This document shows, piece by piece, positions 28,498-38,829 of a DNA stretch of 64,000 bases. The notes under the pieces were generated by a model, which was not told where the DNA came from, ran no database searches, and was given only the letters and a program-made list of their open reading frames with translations. Each line of letters starts with the position of its first letter. Position 1 is the first letter of the stretch. The translations under genes were made by a program, and so were the position numbers. The stretch covers positions 107-64,106 of the forward strand of contig JAGFIZ010000047.1 of the NCBI GenBank assembly GCA_024103135.1. Reading direction: 5' to 3'. Source of the DNA: Bradyrhizobiaceae bacterium. Lineage in GTDB: Bacteria; Bacteroidota; Ignavibacteria; Kapaibacteriales; Kapaibacteriaceae.

Positions 28498-29964
28498 ATG
28501 AGCATGCTTGTTGCCATACTCTTGGGCCTGATACAGGGTCTCACAGAGTTTATTCCCATCAGCAGTACGGCACACCTGACGCTTGCAGGCCATCTTCTTG
28601 GTGTAATCGACCCACTCCATCCGGAACGGTGGACGGCATTCATTGCAACCATTCAGATGGGCACGTTGGCTGCAGTGTTTGTGTACTTCCGACGTGACAT
28701 CATGGGCATGACAAGAGCATTTGTTTCCGAAGTACTCCAACCATGGAAGATTCCACCATCGCAGTGGAGTGCCGATGCCCGTATGGGCGTCCTCGTATGC
28801 CTTGGCACAATTCCCATTGTTACTATCGGTTTGGCATTCAAGAAGTTGATCGAGGGTCCACTGACGAAGGATCCCATTGTCATTGCCATCGGACTCGTTG
28901 TAGTAGGCATTCTCTTGTGGTATGCAGAGCGTAAGGCACGCTTTGACCGAGGACTTGACCAGCTTCGCATTACCGACGCATTGTTGATTGGCCTCGCTCA
29001 GGTTATGGCACTTGTCCCCGGTGCCTCGCGTAGCGGTTCCACCATCATGGCAGGTTTGTTTAGGGGGCTGAACAGAGAAGATGCCGCTCGCTTTTCATTC
29101 TTGCTTTCAATTCCAGCAGTGGCTGGTGCAGGAGTGCTTGAATTTGCCGGTGAACTCAAGCACCTATCGTGGTCCGAGGGAGGTCCGCAATTACTTGCAG
29201 CAACCATCGCTGCCCTGCTGAGTGGTTATGCATCGATTGCCTTCCTGCTCAGGTTTCTAAGAACACGATCGGTGAACGTCTTTGTGGTTTATCGACTGCT
29301 TCTCGGTGGTGTTCTTCTTGCCACAGCTTGCACACCACAGTCGCAAGTGCAGGATTCGGCTTCGATCGTTGATTCAGGTTATGCGTCAAGCACTCAGCCT
29401 ACCATCGCCCAAGCAGGCGATTCCGTCCACGCAACGATCACCAGCAAGGTACGCGTACGTACGAGCATGGGATCGTTTGACATTGGTCTATATGGGAACG
29501 ACGCCCCGCTTACGGTCGAGAACTTCGTCGAGCTCGTAAAACGTCGGTATTACGACAGGATCCTGATTCACAGGGTTGTACCCGACTTTGTCATCCAGAT
29601 GGGCGATCCAAAGACGCGTGACGTGCACGCACGAGCGGAGTGGGGAAAGGGCGGCATGACGGCCTCGGGAAGCCCCCTTCCAGAAGAAATTGACGAAGCA
29701 TCCATCCCCATGAAAATCGGCTATATCCGTGGAACGGTGGCCATGGCACGGAAAACGGAGAGCGGTACCGGAACCAGTCAATTTTTTATTTGTTTGGACG
29801 GAGCCGCTGGACTTCCACCGCAATACACGATTTTTGGAACTGTTGTAAACGGGATGGATGTTGTCCGGGCCATTTCGGAGGTAGATGTCGAGCCAGGTCC
29901 ACTGGGTATAATCGACTCTAGTCCGCGAAAACCGATTGTCATTCGTTCTATACGACTGTTGTAA
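28498..29964 (+). CDS. uppP: Undecaprenyl-diphosphatase (UppP/BacA) fused in frame to a C-terminal cyclophilin-type peptidyl-prolyl isomerase.
   Basis: aa 1-~275 carry the UppP motifs (GLTEFIPISSTAHL, PGASRSG). The last helix ends in a lipobox-like LLATAC. An S/T-rich linker follows, then a cyclophilin (FHRVVPDFVIQMGDP, QFFICL). Confidence 0.75.
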   Translation: MSMLVAILLGLIQGLTEFIPISSTAHLTLAGHLLGVIDPLHPERWTAFIATIQMGTLAAVFVYFRRDIMGMTRAFVSEVLQPWKIPPSQWSADARMGVLVCLGTIPIVTIGLAFKKLIEGPLTKDPIVIAIGLVVVGILLWYAERKARFDRGLDQLRITDALLIGLAQVMALVPGASRSGSTIMAGLFRGLNREDAARFSFLLSIPAVAGAGVLEFAGELKHLSWSEGGPQLLAATIAALLSGYASIAFLLRFLRTRSVNVFVVYRLLLGGVLLATACTPQSQVQDSASIVDSGYASSTQPTIAQAGDSVHATITSKVRVRTSMGSFDIGLYGNDAPLTVENFVELVKRRYYDRILIHRVVPDFVIQMGDPKTRDVHARAEWGKGGMTASGSPLPEEIDEASIPMKIGYIRGTVAMARKTESGTGTSQFFICLDGAAGLPPQYTIFGTVVNGMDVVRAISEVDVEPGPLGIIDSSPRKPIVIRSIRLL

Positions 29965-29984
29965 TTGCAAACTCAGGAGACAAC

Positions 29985-30605
29985 ATGTTAAGAATCGTTT
30001 TTTTCATCACCATGGTACTCGGAATGGCCATGACCACAACCGTCAATGGACAGGTTTCCGACACACCGAATAAAAAACAAAAACCACCAATGCCTACAAG
30101 TAATACAGCCGGCGTACAGGATACCTTTCTCATAACCGTTCAGCGTGGCAACGTTGATATGGGGACCATAGAGTTTGTTCTATGGCCAGACTTTGCACCC
30201 AAGCACGCTGAATTCTTTGTGAAGCGTGTTGCAGAAGGATGGTACAATGGAACGGCCTTCCATCGCGTGATTCCGAACTTCATGATTCAAGGTGGCGATC
30301 CCAACTCAAAGGACAAGCCACGTGAAACGTGGGGAACGGGCGGCTTCCCCGAGCATGTTGTTGCCGAGTTCAATTCTCGCAAGCATGAGCGTGGTGTGCT
30401 AAGCGCTGCACGCACACAGGATCCGAACAGCTTTAGCGGTCAATTCTTTATCTGTGTTGCCGATGCACCGTGGCTTGACGGTTCATACTCTGCATTTGGC
30501 AAGGTCACCAAGGGCATGGATGTTGTCGATGCCATTGTTGCACTTCCTAGAGATGCACGCGACAACCCACTAGAGAAAGTCAGCATGACCATTGTTAAGA
30601 AATAA
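29985..30605 (+). CDS. Secreted cyclophilin-type peptidyl-prolyl cis-trans isomerase.
   Basis: Signal peptide, then FHRVIPNFMIQGGDP...GQFFICV. Confidence 0.85.
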   Translation: MLRIVFFITMVLGMAMTTTVNGQVSDTPNKKQKPPMPTSNTAGVQDTFLITVQRGNVDMGTIEFVLWPDFAPKHAEFFVKRVAEGWYNGTAFHRVIPNFMIQGGDPNSKDKPRETWGTGGFPEHVVAEFNSRKHERGVLSAARTQDPNSFSGQFFICVADAPWLDGSYSAFGKVTKGMDVVDAIVALPRDARDNPLEKVSMTIVKK

Positions 30606-30607
30606 CA

Positions 30608-32137
30608 ATGACCAAGACGCTTCTTGTATTAACAAGCTTTGTCACACTGTCCGTCTCGGCTCTTGGCCAGACGGACAGTACGTTTAAGCCAATCAATCTT
30701 GGTCCAAACGTCAATGGTTTGTATGACGATATCCTCCCCGTGATCTCGCCAGACGGGCTAACGCTGTATTTCTGCAGAAGCCATGATCCGGAGAACATCG
30801 GGGGCGGACGTCAGGACATCTGGTTTAGCGAGGTTCAACCAGACGGTTCTTGGGGTAAGGCACGCAACATTGGTGTGCCGCTCAACAACAAGGACAACAA
30901 CTACCTCTGCTCGATTACGCCGGACGGTAATACGGCCATTGTTGGTGATGGGTATAGTGATGCACGCAACCGACAACGATCGGTTGCCATCAGTCGCCGC
31001 ACCACATCCGGCTGGACAGAGCCGCAGCCGCTCATCATCGAGAACTACTACAACAACAATCGCTTTGGAGAGTTTTCGCTTGCCAATGATGGTAAAACAC
31101 TCATCATGGCAATCGAGAGGAAGGACTCCAAGGGCGGCAAGGACCTCTACGTTTCTTTCCGCAAGGCAGATAGTTCGTGGTCCGAACCAAAGAACCTCGG
31201 CGATGTTGTGAATTCCCTCGGACATGAAGCAACACCGTTTATCGCTTCGGATAACTCCTCGCTCTACTTTGCGTCTGATGGGCAAGGGGGCTTTGGAGCA
31301 TTTGACGTGTTTGTAACAAGGCGCCTGGATAGCACGTGGACGGTGTGGAGCACACCCGAGAACCTTGGTGGTTCGATTAACAGCAGTGGTTGGGACTTGT
31401 ACTATACCATCCCGGCTTCTGGCGATTACGCCTACTACGTGTCGTATGCCAACACCTATGGTGCTGGCGACATCTTCAAGATCAGACTGCCAGAAACAGC
31501 CAGACCTCGTCCGGTGGTTCTTGTAAAAGGCAGGGTACTCAACAAGAAAACCAACGAGCCAATCGAAGCAGACATCGCATACGAAGACTTGTCCAGTGGC
31601 AAGGAACTGGGTATTGCCCGTTCGTCACCCGGAACCGGCGCATTCAAGATCGTACTTCCTGCAGGTGCGAAGTATGGCTTTAGAGCATCGGCCGATGGTT
31701 TCATTTCTGTTAATGAGAACATCGACCTGACGAACATCAAAGAGTACACCGAGGTTAACCGTGACCTCTACCTTGTGCCGATCGAGGCAGGTAGTGTTGC
31801 ACAGCTTAACAACATCTTCTTCGATTACGACAAGTGGGACCTACGGCCGGAGAGCCGATTCGAGCTCGACAGGTTTGTAGACGTCCTTAACAAGAATCCG
31901 ACCATGGTTATCGAGATTGCCGGTCATACCGACAGTGTTGGGTCGGATTCATACAACGAAAAGCTATCGGACAGGCGAGCCAAGTCCGTTAACGATTACC
32001 TAACGACGGTTGGAAAGATTGCACCGACCCGAATGACTTCGCATGGTTATGGCGAGTCACGTCCGGTAGCCCCTAACGCTACACCGGAAGGTCGGCAGAT
32101 GAACCGCCGCGTAGAGATTATCATCCTAGAGAAGTAA
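30608..32137 (+). CDS. OmpA-family outer-membrane protein with N-terminal TolB-like (PD40) beta-propeller repeats.
   Basis: Signal peptide and repeated xSPDG/TLYF motifs. The C-terminal OmpA domain reads NIFFDYDKWDLRPESRFELDRFVDVL...IAGHTDSVGSDSYNEKLSDRRAKSV. Confidence 0.8.
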   Translation: MTKTLLVLTSFVTLSVSALGQTDSTFKPINLGPNVNGLYDDILPVISPDGLTLYFCRSHDPENIGGGRQDIWFSEVQPDGSWGKARNIGVPLNNKDNNYLCSITPDGNTAIVGDGYSDARNRQRSVAISRRTTSGWTEPQPLIIENYYNNNRFGEFSLANDGKTLIMAIERKDSKGGKDLYVSFRKADSSWSEPKNLGDVVNSLGHEATPFIASDNSSLYFASDGQGGFGAFDVFVTRRLDSTWTVWSTPENLGGSINSSGWDLYYTIPASGDYAYYVSYANTYGAGDIFKIRLPETARPRPVVLVKGRVLNKKTNEPIEADIAYEDLSSGKELGIARSSPGTGAFKIVLPAGAKYGFRASADGFISVNENIDLTNIKEYTEVNRDLYLVPIEAGSVAQLNNIFFDYDKWDLRPESRFELDRFVDVLNKNPTMVIEIAGHTDSVGSDSYNEKLSDRRAKSVNDYLTTVGKIAPTRMTSHGYGESRPVAPNATPEGRQMNRRVEIIILEK

Positions 32138-32144
32138 GTCAGCT

Positions 32145-34070
32145 ATGATTATCACATTACCTAACGGCGACCAACGTGAGTATGCCGATGGAACAGCTGG
32201 TGCAGAGATTGCCGCATCGATTTCCGAAGGGTTGGCGCGCGTAGCCGTAGGCATTCTGGTAGACGGTAAGGCCTACGACCTATCAAGCCCCCTCACACAC
32301 AATGCATCAGTTCGCATTCTTACCTTCGACGATGAAGAGGGCAAGGAAATATTCTGGCATAGTACGGCACACTTGATGGCAGAAGCTTTGGAGTCGCTCT
32401 ATCCTGGCGTGAAGTTCGGGATTGGTCCACCAATCGAACAAGGCTTCTACTACGACGTCGACCTTCCCGACGGAGTAACGCTCAGCATTGATGCCTTGCC
32501 CGCCATTGAAGAGAAGATGCGTGAGCTTGCAAAGGCAAACTCCACCTACCAACGTATTCCGATGGAGTGGAAGGCAGCCGTTGAGTATTTCACAGCCAAG
32601 GGTGATGAGTACAAGCTGGAGCTACTTGAAGGACTCAAGGACAGCGAGATTACGTTCTACACTCAGGGTCAGTTTACCGACCTCTGTCGCGGCACACACG
32701 TCCCCAGCACTGGAATGATCAAATTCCCAAAGCTGCTAAGCGTAGCTGGCGCGTATTGGCGTGGCGACGTGTCGCGTAAGATGCTTACACGCATTTACGG
32801 CATCAGCTTCCCCAAGAAGGCACAACTCGACGAGTACATTCGACTTCGTGAAGAAGCAGAGAAGCGGGATCACCGCAAGATTGGTCGCGACCTGGAGCTC
32901 TTCATGATTACGCCAACCATAGGTGGCGGACTCCCAGTGTGGCTTCCGAAGGGGGCTGTAGTTAGACGACGTCTTGAAGAGTTCATCAAGGAAGAGTTGC
33001 TTCGTCGTGGGTACGTCGAGGTAATCACACCACACATCGGCAACCTGAACCTATACCGCACGTCGGGACACTATCCGTACTATGCCGACTCTCAGTTCAA
33101 CCCCATTACGGTGGAAGACGAAGAGTACTTGCTGAAGCCGATGAACTGTCCGCATCACCACCAGATCTACTCCTCCAAGCCACGCTCATACCGCGATCTA
33201 CCATTGCGATTGGCTGAGTTTGGTACGGTGTATCGCTATGAGCAAAGTGGCGAGCTGAACGGTCTGAGCAGAGTTCGTGGTTTCACACAAGATGATGCTC
33301 ACATCTACTGTACGCAAGAGCAATTGCACGCAGAACTTACCAACGCTATTGAACTCACGCAGTTGGTGTTCAAGACGTTTGGCATGGAGGTCAAGACTCG
33401 ACTGTCCGTGCGTGATCCTCACGATACAACCAAATATGCTGGTGATCCAGCGATGTGGGATCAAGCCGAACGCGACATCAAGGAGGTAGCCGATGCCATG
33501 GGATTGGACTACTTTATTGGTGAAGGTGAAGCGGCATTCTATGGACCCAAGTTCGACTTCATCGTTCGTGATGCCATTGGTCGTAAGTGGCAGCTAGGAA
33601 CCGTCCAGGTGGACTATGTGATGCCAGAACGTTTTGGGCTGGAGTACAATGGAGCGGACAATGCCAAGCATCGTCCGGTTATCATTCATCGTGCACCGTT
33701 TGGTTCGATGGAGCGATTTATCTCGATCCTCATCGAGCACTATGCCGGCAATTTCCCCTTCTGGTTGGCACCTGTTCAGGTAAGCATACTACCGATTGCT
33801 GATGCACACCATTCGTTTGCATCTGATCTTGCAGCAGAGCTTACCAGCATGGGGCTTCGGGTGCATGCGGACTTCCGAAACGAAAAGATTAGTCGGAAGA
33901 TTGCCGAGAGCGAGCAACAGAAGGTCCCATTCTCTCTCGTGATCGGTGCCAAGGAAATCGAGCAGGATAGTGTGGCACTACGCAAGCATGGCGAGGGTGA
34001 TAAGGGGCTCATTACGGTGAGCAACCTGAAGGACCTGTTTGTCACACTGAATGTGCCTGGTGCAGAGTAA
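32145..34070 (+). CDS. thrS: Threonyl-tRNA synthetase.
   Basis: TGS, editing and class-II core motifs, plus the anticodon-binding domain. It is full-length (641 aa). Confidence 0.95.
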   Translation: MIITLPNGDQREYADGTAGAEIAASISEGLARVAVGILVDGKAYDLSSPLTHNASVRILTFDDEEGKEIFWHSTAHLMAEALESLYPGVKFGIGPPIEQGFYYDVDLPDGVTLSIDALPAIEEKMRELAKANSTYQRIPMEWKAAVEYFTAKGDEYKLELLEGLKDSEITFYTQGQFTDLCRGTHVPSTGMIKFPKLLSVAGAYWRGDVSRKMLTRIYGISFPKKAQLDEYIRLREEAEKRDHRKIGRDLELFMITPTIGGGLPVWLPKGAVVRRRLEEFIKEELLRRGYVEVITPHIGNLNLYRTSGHYPYYADSQFNPITVEDEEYLLKPMNCPHHHQIYSSKPRSYRDLPLRLAEFGTVYRYEQSGELNGLSRVRGFTQDDAHIYCTQEQLHAELTNAIELTQLVFKTFGMEVKTRLSVRDPHDTTKYAGDPAMWDQAERDIKEVADAMGLDYFIGEGEAAFYGPKFDFIVRDAIGRKWQLGTVQVDYVMPERFGLEYNGADNAKHRPVIIHRAPFGSMERFISILIEHYAGNFPFWLAPVQVSILPIADAHHSFASDLAAELTSMGLRVHADFRNEKISRKIAESEQQKVPFSLVIGAKEIEQDSVALRKHGEGDKGLITVSNLKDLFVTLNVPGAE

Positions 34071-34076
34071 CACCTG

Positions 34077-34781
34077 ATGGCTGGGAGAAAGTCACGTAGG
34101 TATTGGCTTGTGCTAATACTCTCGGTCGTGTTATTCCTGGTATTGATTCCACTCGGTGCCACGGTGTACGTGGACCTTGCAACCAATACCATGATGTTTG
34201 ATGCTCAGAGCGCCCCTAAACAGCGGGTTGCGTTGGTGCTTGGTACAAGCCGACGTACCACCAAACGCGAAATGAATGGCTACTATGCCGAGCGGATGCG
34301 AACGGCTGCAGAGCTGTATGCATCGGGCAAGGTGCAGTACCTTCTTGTTAGTGGTGACAATGGTACGCTTGAGTATAACGAACCTGACTCGATGCGCAGA
34401 GACCTTGTAGCCATGGGCGTACCACCACATCGAATTGCTACGGACTTCGCCGGATTCGATACCTACGATTCGATGATTAGGGCGCACAAGGTTTGGGGTG
34501 TTGATTCATTGATCGTCGTGTCGCAAGACTTTCAAGCACGCCGGGCCGTGTACATTGCATCGTTCAACAATATCCATGCTGTTGGCGTTGCTGCACGTGA
34601 TCCACATCAAAATCCATTTGCGATGACCAGACTGCGCGAGGTGTTCGCACGACTCAAAATGCTGGCCGACGTTCATGTGCTGCACAGCGAGCCCAGATTC
34701 CTGGGTCCGCATGAGTCCTTCCCTGCCGACACGACCATCAACAGTCCGGATTCAACCCTACCATCTACTCAAACATTGTGA
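34077..34781 (+). CDS. SanA/YdcF (DUF218) family membrane-anchored protein.
   Basis: One N-terminal TM, then the DUF218 core (ALVLGTS...YLLVSGDNGTLEYNEPDSMRRDLVAMGVP...IVVSQDFQARRAV). Confidence 0.7.
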   Translation: MAGRKSRRYWLVLILSVVLFLVLIPLGATVYVDLATNTMMFDAQSAPKQRVALVLGTSRRTTKREMNGYYAERMRTAAELYASGKVQYLLVSGDNGTLEYNEPDSMRRDLVAMGVPPHRIATDFAGFDTYDSMIRAHKVWGVDSLIVVSQDFQARRAVYIASFNNIHAVGVAARDPHQNPFAMTRLREVFARLKMLADVHVLHSEPRFLGPHESFPADTTINSPDSTLPSTQTL

Positions 34782-34850
34782 ACGACAGTAGTTTTGAGCT
34801 GAGCAAGATGAACATCACGTCAGTCCATAGCATCTGTTGGACTCCTTCCG

Positions 34851-35219
34851 ATGATTAACCTGAGAACTACAACCATTGCAAGCGGAGTAACCTGCATCAT
34901 TGTCGGCAGTGGTGCCTACATGCTCTCGCAGGAACCGGCATGTCTGGTTGTGCTGGTCATTGGCTTTATTCAGACGGCACTAGGTCTGCTCATTCGCTCA
35001 GAACTGCGTTGGCCGGCCGTAACCACGCTTGTTATTGCTGGTGTGGTGATGATGCTAACTGCGCAGAGCATCACGCGTTTCATTCACATTTTGATGGGAC
35101 GAACACAGACGTCGCCAGGAGCAGTGCTGGCGTTCACGGTACTTTCTGTTGTTTGCCTCGTGCATCTTACTATTGGAATTCGATGGGTAATCACGAAGAA
35201 GCACAACGCGAGAAGCTAA
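34851..35219 (+). CDS. Small hypothetical membrane protein (3 TM).
   Basis: A hydrophobic ORF preceding the ferredoxin. I see no recognisable family. Confidence 0.3.
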   Translation: MINLRTTTIASGVTCIIVGSGAYMLSQEPACLVVLVIGFIQTALGLLIRSELRWPAVTTLVIAGVVMMLTAQSITRFIHILMGRTQTSPGAVLAFTVLSVVCLVHLTIGIRWVITKKHNARS

Positions 35220-35566
35220 ACAAGAAGGTATCCGAGCTTGGTATTGGCACGCATAGTCGGCATATCTTTCTCTGTGCCGAACAGACCGTACCGAAGTGCT
35301 GTTCGCCGGAGCAAGGGAAGAAGTCGTGGGACTACTTGAAGGACAGGCTAAAGGAACTGAATCTATCCGTCCCAGGACAGGTTTTTCGCACCAAGGCCAA
35401 CTGCCTGCGCGTCTGCGTAATGGGTCCGATTGCCGTCGTCCACCCCGACAACGTCTGGTATCACAGCTGCACGCCTGATGTTCTTGAACGAATCATACAG
35501 GAGCATCTAATTGGGGGGACGCCTGTTGCCGACTATCAGTTGCGTGTTGATGTGCCGTTAGAGTAA
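35183..35566 (+). CDS. Thioredoxin-like [2Fe-2S] ferredoxin.
   Basis: Four Cys in the Trx-like Fd arrangement: [16 protein letters not shown] ... [15 protein letters not shown]. The start is the ATG at 35183. The track's 34940 start is an out-of-context N-extension that overlaps the upstream membrane ORF. Confidence 0.65.
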   Translation: MGNHEEAQREKLNKKVSELGIGTHSRHIFLCAEQTVPKCCSPEQGKKSWDYLKDRLKELNLSVPGQVFRTKANCLRVCVMGPIAVVHPDNVWYHSCTPDVLERIIQEHLIGGTPVADYQLRVDVPLE

Positions 35567-36229
35567 CGAGCACACATAAATGTGAACGGCTATATAGGCC
35601 AGTCCGAGTGGCACGAACATCCCAACCCATCCTAACCAGGTGCGAATTACAGGAACTCTTGCCGGTGGGATGAACTTTGCAGAGAACAATGCACTGCGAA
35701 TGCCATGCTTGAGATGCAAGGCAAGCGCAATCATGCTCAGTACGTAGAGCAACGTGTACCAGATACTGGCAAAGGCCTTGTGAGCTTCGGTGTATAGGTC
35801 GAATCCATTCGTACCAAAAACACGGTTAGGGAGAAAGAAGCGCTGAAGGTGTACGCAGAGGAAGACAAGGATGATGATGCCTGTGAGCCCAACGAACCGC
35901 GTGGACACATCCTTCGGCTTCTTTGCACGAGGATTGTTCTGCATCATCTTCCTGTGCTGCAGTCGCATTTTCAAGCCAAGTCCGATATGTACGATAAAGA
36001 GTGCGAACAGGCCGACCTCTACGATCCTGACAATGACGCTATGTCCCAAAGTCCCGGTGTACCAGCGGTATGGTTCAGGATCGGGTAGTAGCAGCATCAG
36101 GTTGGCAACAAAGTGCTCAACAAGAAATAACAGCAGTAACGCACCGGTAAGTGCTTCGGTGTTCTTTCTGCCATACGGTGTTGTAAGCCATTTCTTCAGC
36201 ATGGAAAGCCTACCCTGTTTGGCTGACAA
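35558..36229 (-). CDS. Succinate dehydrogenase/fumarate reductase dihaem cytochrome b558-like membrane subunit (SdhC-like, B. subtilis/Bacteroidetes type). It is an orphan: no sdhAB are adjacent.
   Basis: Five TM helices, with four TM His spaced ~42-46 aa apart ([26 protein letters not shown]), as in SdhC. Confidence 0.55.
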   Translation of the reverse strand: MSAKQGRLSMLKKWLTTPYGRKNTEALTGALLLLFLVEHFVANLMLLLPDPEPYRWYTGTLGHSVIVRIVEVGLFALFIVHIGLGLKMRLQHRKMMQNNPRAKKPKDVSTRFVGLTGIIILVFLCVHLQRFFLPNRVFGTNGFDLYTEAHKAFASIWYTLLYVLSMIALALHLKHGIRSALFSAKFIPPARVPVIRTWLGWVGMFVPLGLAYIAVHIYVCSLL

Positions 36230-36272
36230 CGAACACTACTACATGCCGCAGAAACACGTCTGCTGTGATCTG

Positions 36273-36620
36273 TCATAACGGTGTGTTGATCTCGTGAAGG
36301 GGGCTGAGTAGTGCGCGAGTTGCCACCATGTCGGTTCCAAACCGTTGGATGCCATCTGCGCGCATGGCTGACGCATGGTCGGCCACATACCGATCATAGT
36401 CGGCTCTAGTCTCTGCATGATACCGCACAACGAACGTCGTGAAGTCTGCTTCGACGGGCTCGTCAACCTGCTCAATTTCTGTGCGAGTAAAGCAGTTGGT
36501 GTCGAGGATTGCCCTCACGTGCGGTACAATCCATTCCAGCCACTCATGTGCACGACCATTCGCAATGCGAACTCGCACTTCGTAAATCATGCTCATGCTG
36601 GTTGCTTCTTGGGAAGCCAA
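36273..36620 (-). CDS. DUF4286-family protein.
   Basis: The MIYEVRVRI...EWLEW...H......ATRALL pattern. Confidence 0.45.
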   Translation of the reverse strand: MASQEATSMSMIYEVRVRIANGRAHEWLEWIVPHVRAILDTNCFTRTEIEQVDEPVEADFTTFVVRYHAETRADYDRYVADHASAMRADGIQRFGTDMVATRALLSPLHEINTPL

Positions 36621-37942
36621 AGGTGGAGAACTAGTAGGCCAACCAGTGCACAGATGCTGGAAGCAATCAGGATGCTCAATCGTGCAACATCGAGATGCAT
36701 GCCCGGCTCGAAGGCAAGGTGCGCAACGAACAGTGCCATGGTAAATCCTATACCGCAGAGAATTGAAACACCATAGATCAGACGCATGTTTACGCGATTG
36801 GGAAGCTCTGCAATGCCAAGACGGAGTGAAAGGGCAACAGCTAGAGTGATACCGACCTGCTTACCGAGGAAGAGGCCGAGTATGATGCCCATGGATACGT
36901 GGTCGCCAATCGAGTCCAACACACGTGGGTCAAAGAATACCCCGGCATTAACTAAGGCAAACACAGGCATGATGAGGAAGTTGACGCCGTTGTACAGCGA
37001 GGCCTCCATGCGATGAAGGGGTGATTGGACGTCTTCGCATCGTTGTTCCAATGCATGCACGACGTCAAGTTGTTTACCCTCTTCCTCGCCATTCTCCACA
37101 GTACGAACGAGTCCACCCAAGTAGGTCTTTGCATCATGCACAAAGTCCTTCATGGAAATGCGCGAGCGTACTGGTATCGTCATTGCCAGCATCACACCGG
37201 CAATCGTGGCATGGATTCCTGAATGCAACACAAACAGCCATAGCACAACACCGGCAAGAGCATACATGCGTAGGTCACGCACACCCGACCGGTTCATCAC
37301 GACTAGCAGGATCATGGTCACCGCTGCACCGAAGAGTGCTAACATGTTGAGTGAGCTCGTGTAGAATAGCGCGATCACGAGAACAGCTAGCAGGTCATCG
37401 GCAATGGCCAAGGCAGCAACGAAGACCTTGAGGCCAAGGGGGACGCGATTACCGAGTAATGCAAGCACACCTAGAGCAAAGGCAATGTCGGTTGCTACAG
37501 GAACACCCCAGCCGTGAGCTGCCGGAGTGCCTGCATTGAACAATGCATAGATCGAACCAGGGAACACCATCCCCGCCAGAGCTGCAATGAGTGGTAGTGC
37601 AGCCTTGCGTAGTGTGGAGAGCTCGCCAATCAAGGCCTCGCGCTTGATCTCCAGGCCTACCAGGAGGAAGAATAACACCATCAAGCCGTCATTAACAAAG
37701 TGCTCGAAGGTGAATGCAAGGTGCAGACTAAACAGCGTGATGTCGATCGGCTGATGTAGGAACTGCTCGTACGACTCATGCAGCGCACTGTTCGTCCAGA
37801 AGATGGCAATGGCTGTGAAAACAAGGATGACGATGCCAGCGGAGGATGACTGCTTGAAGAAGGCCTGAAATGATCCCTGTATTTGTGCTCTGATTGACGT
37901 TAGCGTTTTAAGCGCACTCATTGTTCGACTAGCTCCATGCAA
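36593..37942 (-). CDS. nhaA: Na+/H+ antiporter NhaA.
   Basis: FFLLVGLEIKREALIGELS and PVFALVNAGV are NhaA motifs. The likely start is MSALKTL near 37921, which removes the overlap with rfbA. Confidence 0.85.
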   Translation of the reverse strand: MHGASRTMSALKTLTSIRAQIQGSFQAFFKQSSSAGIVILVFTAIAIFWTNSALHESYEQFLHQPIDITLFSLHLAFTFEHFVNDGLMVLFFLLVGLEIKREALIGELSTLRKAALPLIAALAGMVFPGSIYALFNAGTPAAHGWGVPVATDIAFALGVLALLGNRVPLGLKVFVAALAIADDLLAVLVIALFYTSSLNMLALFGAAVTMILLVVMNRSGVRDLRMYALAGVVLWLFVLHSGIHATIAGVMLAMTIPVRSRISMKDFVHDAKTYLGGLVRTVENGEEEGKQLDVVHALEQRCEDVQSPLHRMEASLYNGVNFLIMPVFALVNAGVFFDPRVLDSIGDHVSMGIILGLFLGKQVGITLAVALSLRLGIAELPNRVNMRLIYGVSILCGIGFTMALFVAHLAFEPGMHLDVARLSILIASSICALVGLLVLHLWLPKKQPA

Positions 37943-38787
37943 TAGCTACGGTATGACGAATGGGGCAGTTGAGCAACGGAGGCAAGGTATTCGTCGTGGG
38001 TTAGAAAATTCATTCGCAATGCGGTTTCTTCGATGCAGGCAACCTTGCGTCCTTGCCGACGCTCGATTGCATGGATGTAGTTGGCTGCTTCCAACAGACT
38101 CTCGGGCGTGCCGGTGTCCATCCAGATCGTACTTCTGTCCATGGTAAGTACTCGTAAGCCCCCTTCCGCCAAATAGGCGTTGTGGACGTCGGTGATTTCG
38201 AGTTCGCCACGGGCGCTGCGGACGAGTCCTTGGGCAATCGTACTAGCTCGTTCATCGTAGATGTACAGACCAGGGATGGCAAGATGACTCTTCGGTTGTT
38301 TGGGTTTTTCTTCGATCGAGGTGATGCGACCGTTGGCATCGATGTCAACTACACCATACCGAGATGGATTGTGAACGTGATAGCCAAAGATGGTTGCACC
38401 AGTGTTCGAGCTTACGGCAGTTCGGAACAATGCAGACTGACCGTGGAAGAGATTGTCGCCCAGAATCAACGTCACAGGTGCGCTGCCCCATACTCGTTCT
38501 GCAATAATCAGTGCCTCGGCAATGCCATTTGGCTGTGGCTGCACGGCGTAACGCAACGAAATGCCTAGTCGAGAGCCATCACCTAAGAGTTGTTCGAAGA
38601 GTGTTACATCGCGTGGCGTCGAGATTACCAGGATGTCGCGTATGCCAGCAAGCATGAGTGTATTGAGCGGGTAATACACCATTGGCTTATCGTAGATGGG
38701 CTGCAATTGCTTGGAGATTACACCCGTCATCGGATGCAACCTCGTACCGCTACCACCTGCAAGTAGAATACCACGCATGTTTGCCAC
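37918..38787 (-). CDS. rfbA: Glucose-1-phosphate thymidylyltransferase.
   Basis: MRGILLAGGSGTRLHPMT..ISKQLQPIYDKPMVYYPL. Confidence 0.9.
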   Translation of the reverse strand: MANMRGILLAGGSGTRLHPMTGVISKQLQPIYDKPMVYYPLNTLMLAGIRDILVISTPRDVTLFEQLLGDGSRLGISLRYAVQPQPNGIAEALIIAERVWGSAPVTLILGDNLFHGQSALFRTAVSSNTGATIFGYHVHNPSRYGVVDIDANGRITSIEEKPKQPKSHLAIPGLYIYDERASTIAQGLVRSARGELEITDVHNAYLAEGGLRVLTMDRSTIWMDTGTPESLLEAANYIHAIERRQGRKVACIEETALRMNFLTHDEYLASVAQLPHSSYRSYCMELVEQ

Positions 38788-38829
38788 ACCGCAAATTACG
38801 GAGGCATGTGCAGAGGATGGTTAGGGGGC

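Noticed and set aside
34940-35182. N-terminal 81 aa of the 208-aa track ORF preceding the ferredoxin domain.
   Set aside because: It is Cys/His-rich and of low complexity. It overlaps the 34851..35219 membrane ORF in another frame, and it begins with a non-family-like extension. The ferredoxin almost certainly starts at the ATG at 35183.
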